Of a stretch of DNA of 43,324 nucleotides, positions 42,406-43,324 are shown one piece after another. Below the pieces are notes generated by a model that saw nothing but the letters and a program-made list of their open reading frames with translations, was not told the origin of the DNA and did no database searches. Every line of letters starts with the position of its first letter. Position 1 is the first letter of the stretch. Location: assembly GCA_964473055.1 (NCBI GenBank), contig CAYYOE010000001.1:1-43324 (forward strand), written 5' to 3'. The position numbers were made by a program, and so were the translations under genes. This stretch comes from an uncultured Rhodobacterales bacterium. Its GTDB lineage: Bacteria; Pseudomonadota; Alphaproteobacteria; Rhodobacterales; Rhodobacteraceae.

Positions 42406-43324
42406 CTATCCGTCCTGCCTGATCCGCAGGTTCTGCGGGTCGTGCGGGCTGTCCTCGACCACGCGGGCCGACCATAGCTCGCCCAGCATCCGAACCTGCA
42501 GCGCCGTTCCGGGCACGGCAAGGTCGGGCCGGACGTAGCCCATCCCGATGGACTTGCCGAACACCACCGACCAGCCGCCGGACGTCAGCCGTCCGACGCG
42601 GGCGTCACCGGCGAACAAGGCCTCGCGTCCCCAGGGGTCGGCGTCGGGCGGACCGTCGATCAGCACCGTCACGCATTTGGACCGTGTGTCTCGGGCCAGC
42701 ATCGCCGCCTTGCCGTGGAAGTCCTTGGACAGATCCACGAACCGGTCGAGCCCCCCTTCCAGCGGCGTTGCATCGCGCCCCAGTTCTGTGCCGAAGGCGC
42801 GATAGCTCTTTTCCTGCCGCAGCCAGTTCTGCGCCCGTGCGCCCACAAGGCGCATCCCAAGGGGTTCGCCCACCTCCATCAGCCGGTCCCACAGATGGGT
42901 CTGCATCTCGATCGGGTGGTGCAGTTCCCAGCCGAGTTCCCCCGTATAGGCCACCCGCACCGCGCGGACCGGGACCATGCCCAGCTCGATGTCGCGGGCC
43001 GACAGCCAGGGAAACCGGCGGTTCGACAGGGCCGTGTCCGGGTCGCCGTCGCGGATGAGCGCGCGCAGGATGTCGCGCGACCGGGGGCCGGCCAACGCGA
43101 AGACGCCCCATTGCGTGGTGATGTCCTGCACCACGACGTAGCCACCGCCTGCGGCCATGAAATCCTCGGCCGCCCTGGTCAGATAATCCCCGTCATAAGC
43201 CGCCCAGGCCCCGGCCGAGATCAGCGTGTAGTCGTCGGGCGCGCGGCGGACGATGGTGTATTCGGTGCGCGTGGTGCCCGTGGACGTCAGGGCATAGGTC
43301 AGATTGATGCGCCCCACCTTCGGC
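42406..43324 (-). CDS. C-terminal GcvT (aminomethyltransferase-fold) domain of a dimethylglycine/sarcosine-dehydrogenase-family oxidoreductase; the 5' part lies outside the window
   Basis: VAYTGELGWELHHPIEMQTHLWDRLMEVGEPLGMRLVGARAQNWLRQEKSYRAFGTELGRDATPLEGGLDRFVDLSKDFHGKAAM...GRLTSGGWSVVFGKSIGMGYV is the folate-binding GcvT domain. The reading frame stays open to the right window edge. Confidence 0.85.
   Translation of the reverse strand, partial: PKVGRINLTYALTSTGTTRTEYTIVRRAPDDYTLISAGAWAAYDGDYLTRAAEDFMAAGGGYVVVQDITTQWGVFALAGPRSRDILRALIRDGDPDTALSNRRFPWLSARDIELGMVPVRAVRVAYTGELGWELHHPIEMQTHLWDRLMEVGEPLGMRLVGARAQNWLRQEKSYRAFGTELGRDATPLEGGLDRFVDLSKDFHGKAAMLARDTRSKCVTVLIDGPPDADPWGREALFAGDARVGRLTSGGWSVVFGKSIGMGYVRPDLAVPGTALQVRMLGELWSARVVEDSPHDPQNLRIRQDG

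Overview
High-GC, alphaproteobacterial-looking (Rhodobacterales-like) segment, densely coding, with at least four decayed insertion-sequence remnants. Many long ORFs in the track are antisense or wrong-frame artefacts of the GC content and were not called. Left to right: (1) a sugar ABC binding protein (partial), a LacI regulator, a lone GlcF-like Fe-S protein, a TIGR02300 acidic protein and tRNA-Ala(GGC). (2) Directly after the tRNA, a possible integrase remnant and an IS3 transposase pseudogene. (3) A tctC-tctA-tctB tricarboxylate transporter with a divergent XRE-cupin regulator. (4) A roughly 13.5 kb, tightly coupled minus-strand operon (8959..22505). It holds three N-carbamoylsarcosine-amidase-like isochorismatase paralogs, an orphan molybdopterin hydroxylase large subunit, a peptide-type ABC importer, two MFS transporters and a pair of paralogous half-size membrane proteins. 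(5) An IS5 remnant. (6) A prpF-gntR-tcuA-tcuB tricarballylate operon, divergent from an AbrB-type membrane protein and a 2-hydroxyacid dehydrogenase. (7) TctE/TctD-like two-component genes, a second binding protein and a fused TctA-TctB permease. (8) IS66 and IS3 debris. (9) The most interesting locus: an ECF sigma-F/NrsF pair divergent from a DUF2282 precursor, DUF692 (MNIO), DUF2063 and DoxX cassette. This is a bufferin/gig-type RiPP locus with two mirror-image GTAACA-N16-CGAA promoters, plus an alpha/beta-hydrolase-LuxR fusion regulator next to it. (10) A cold-shock protein, two small hypothetical genes and the 3' part of a GcvT-domain dehydrogenase. No rRNA genes or CRISPR arrays were seen.
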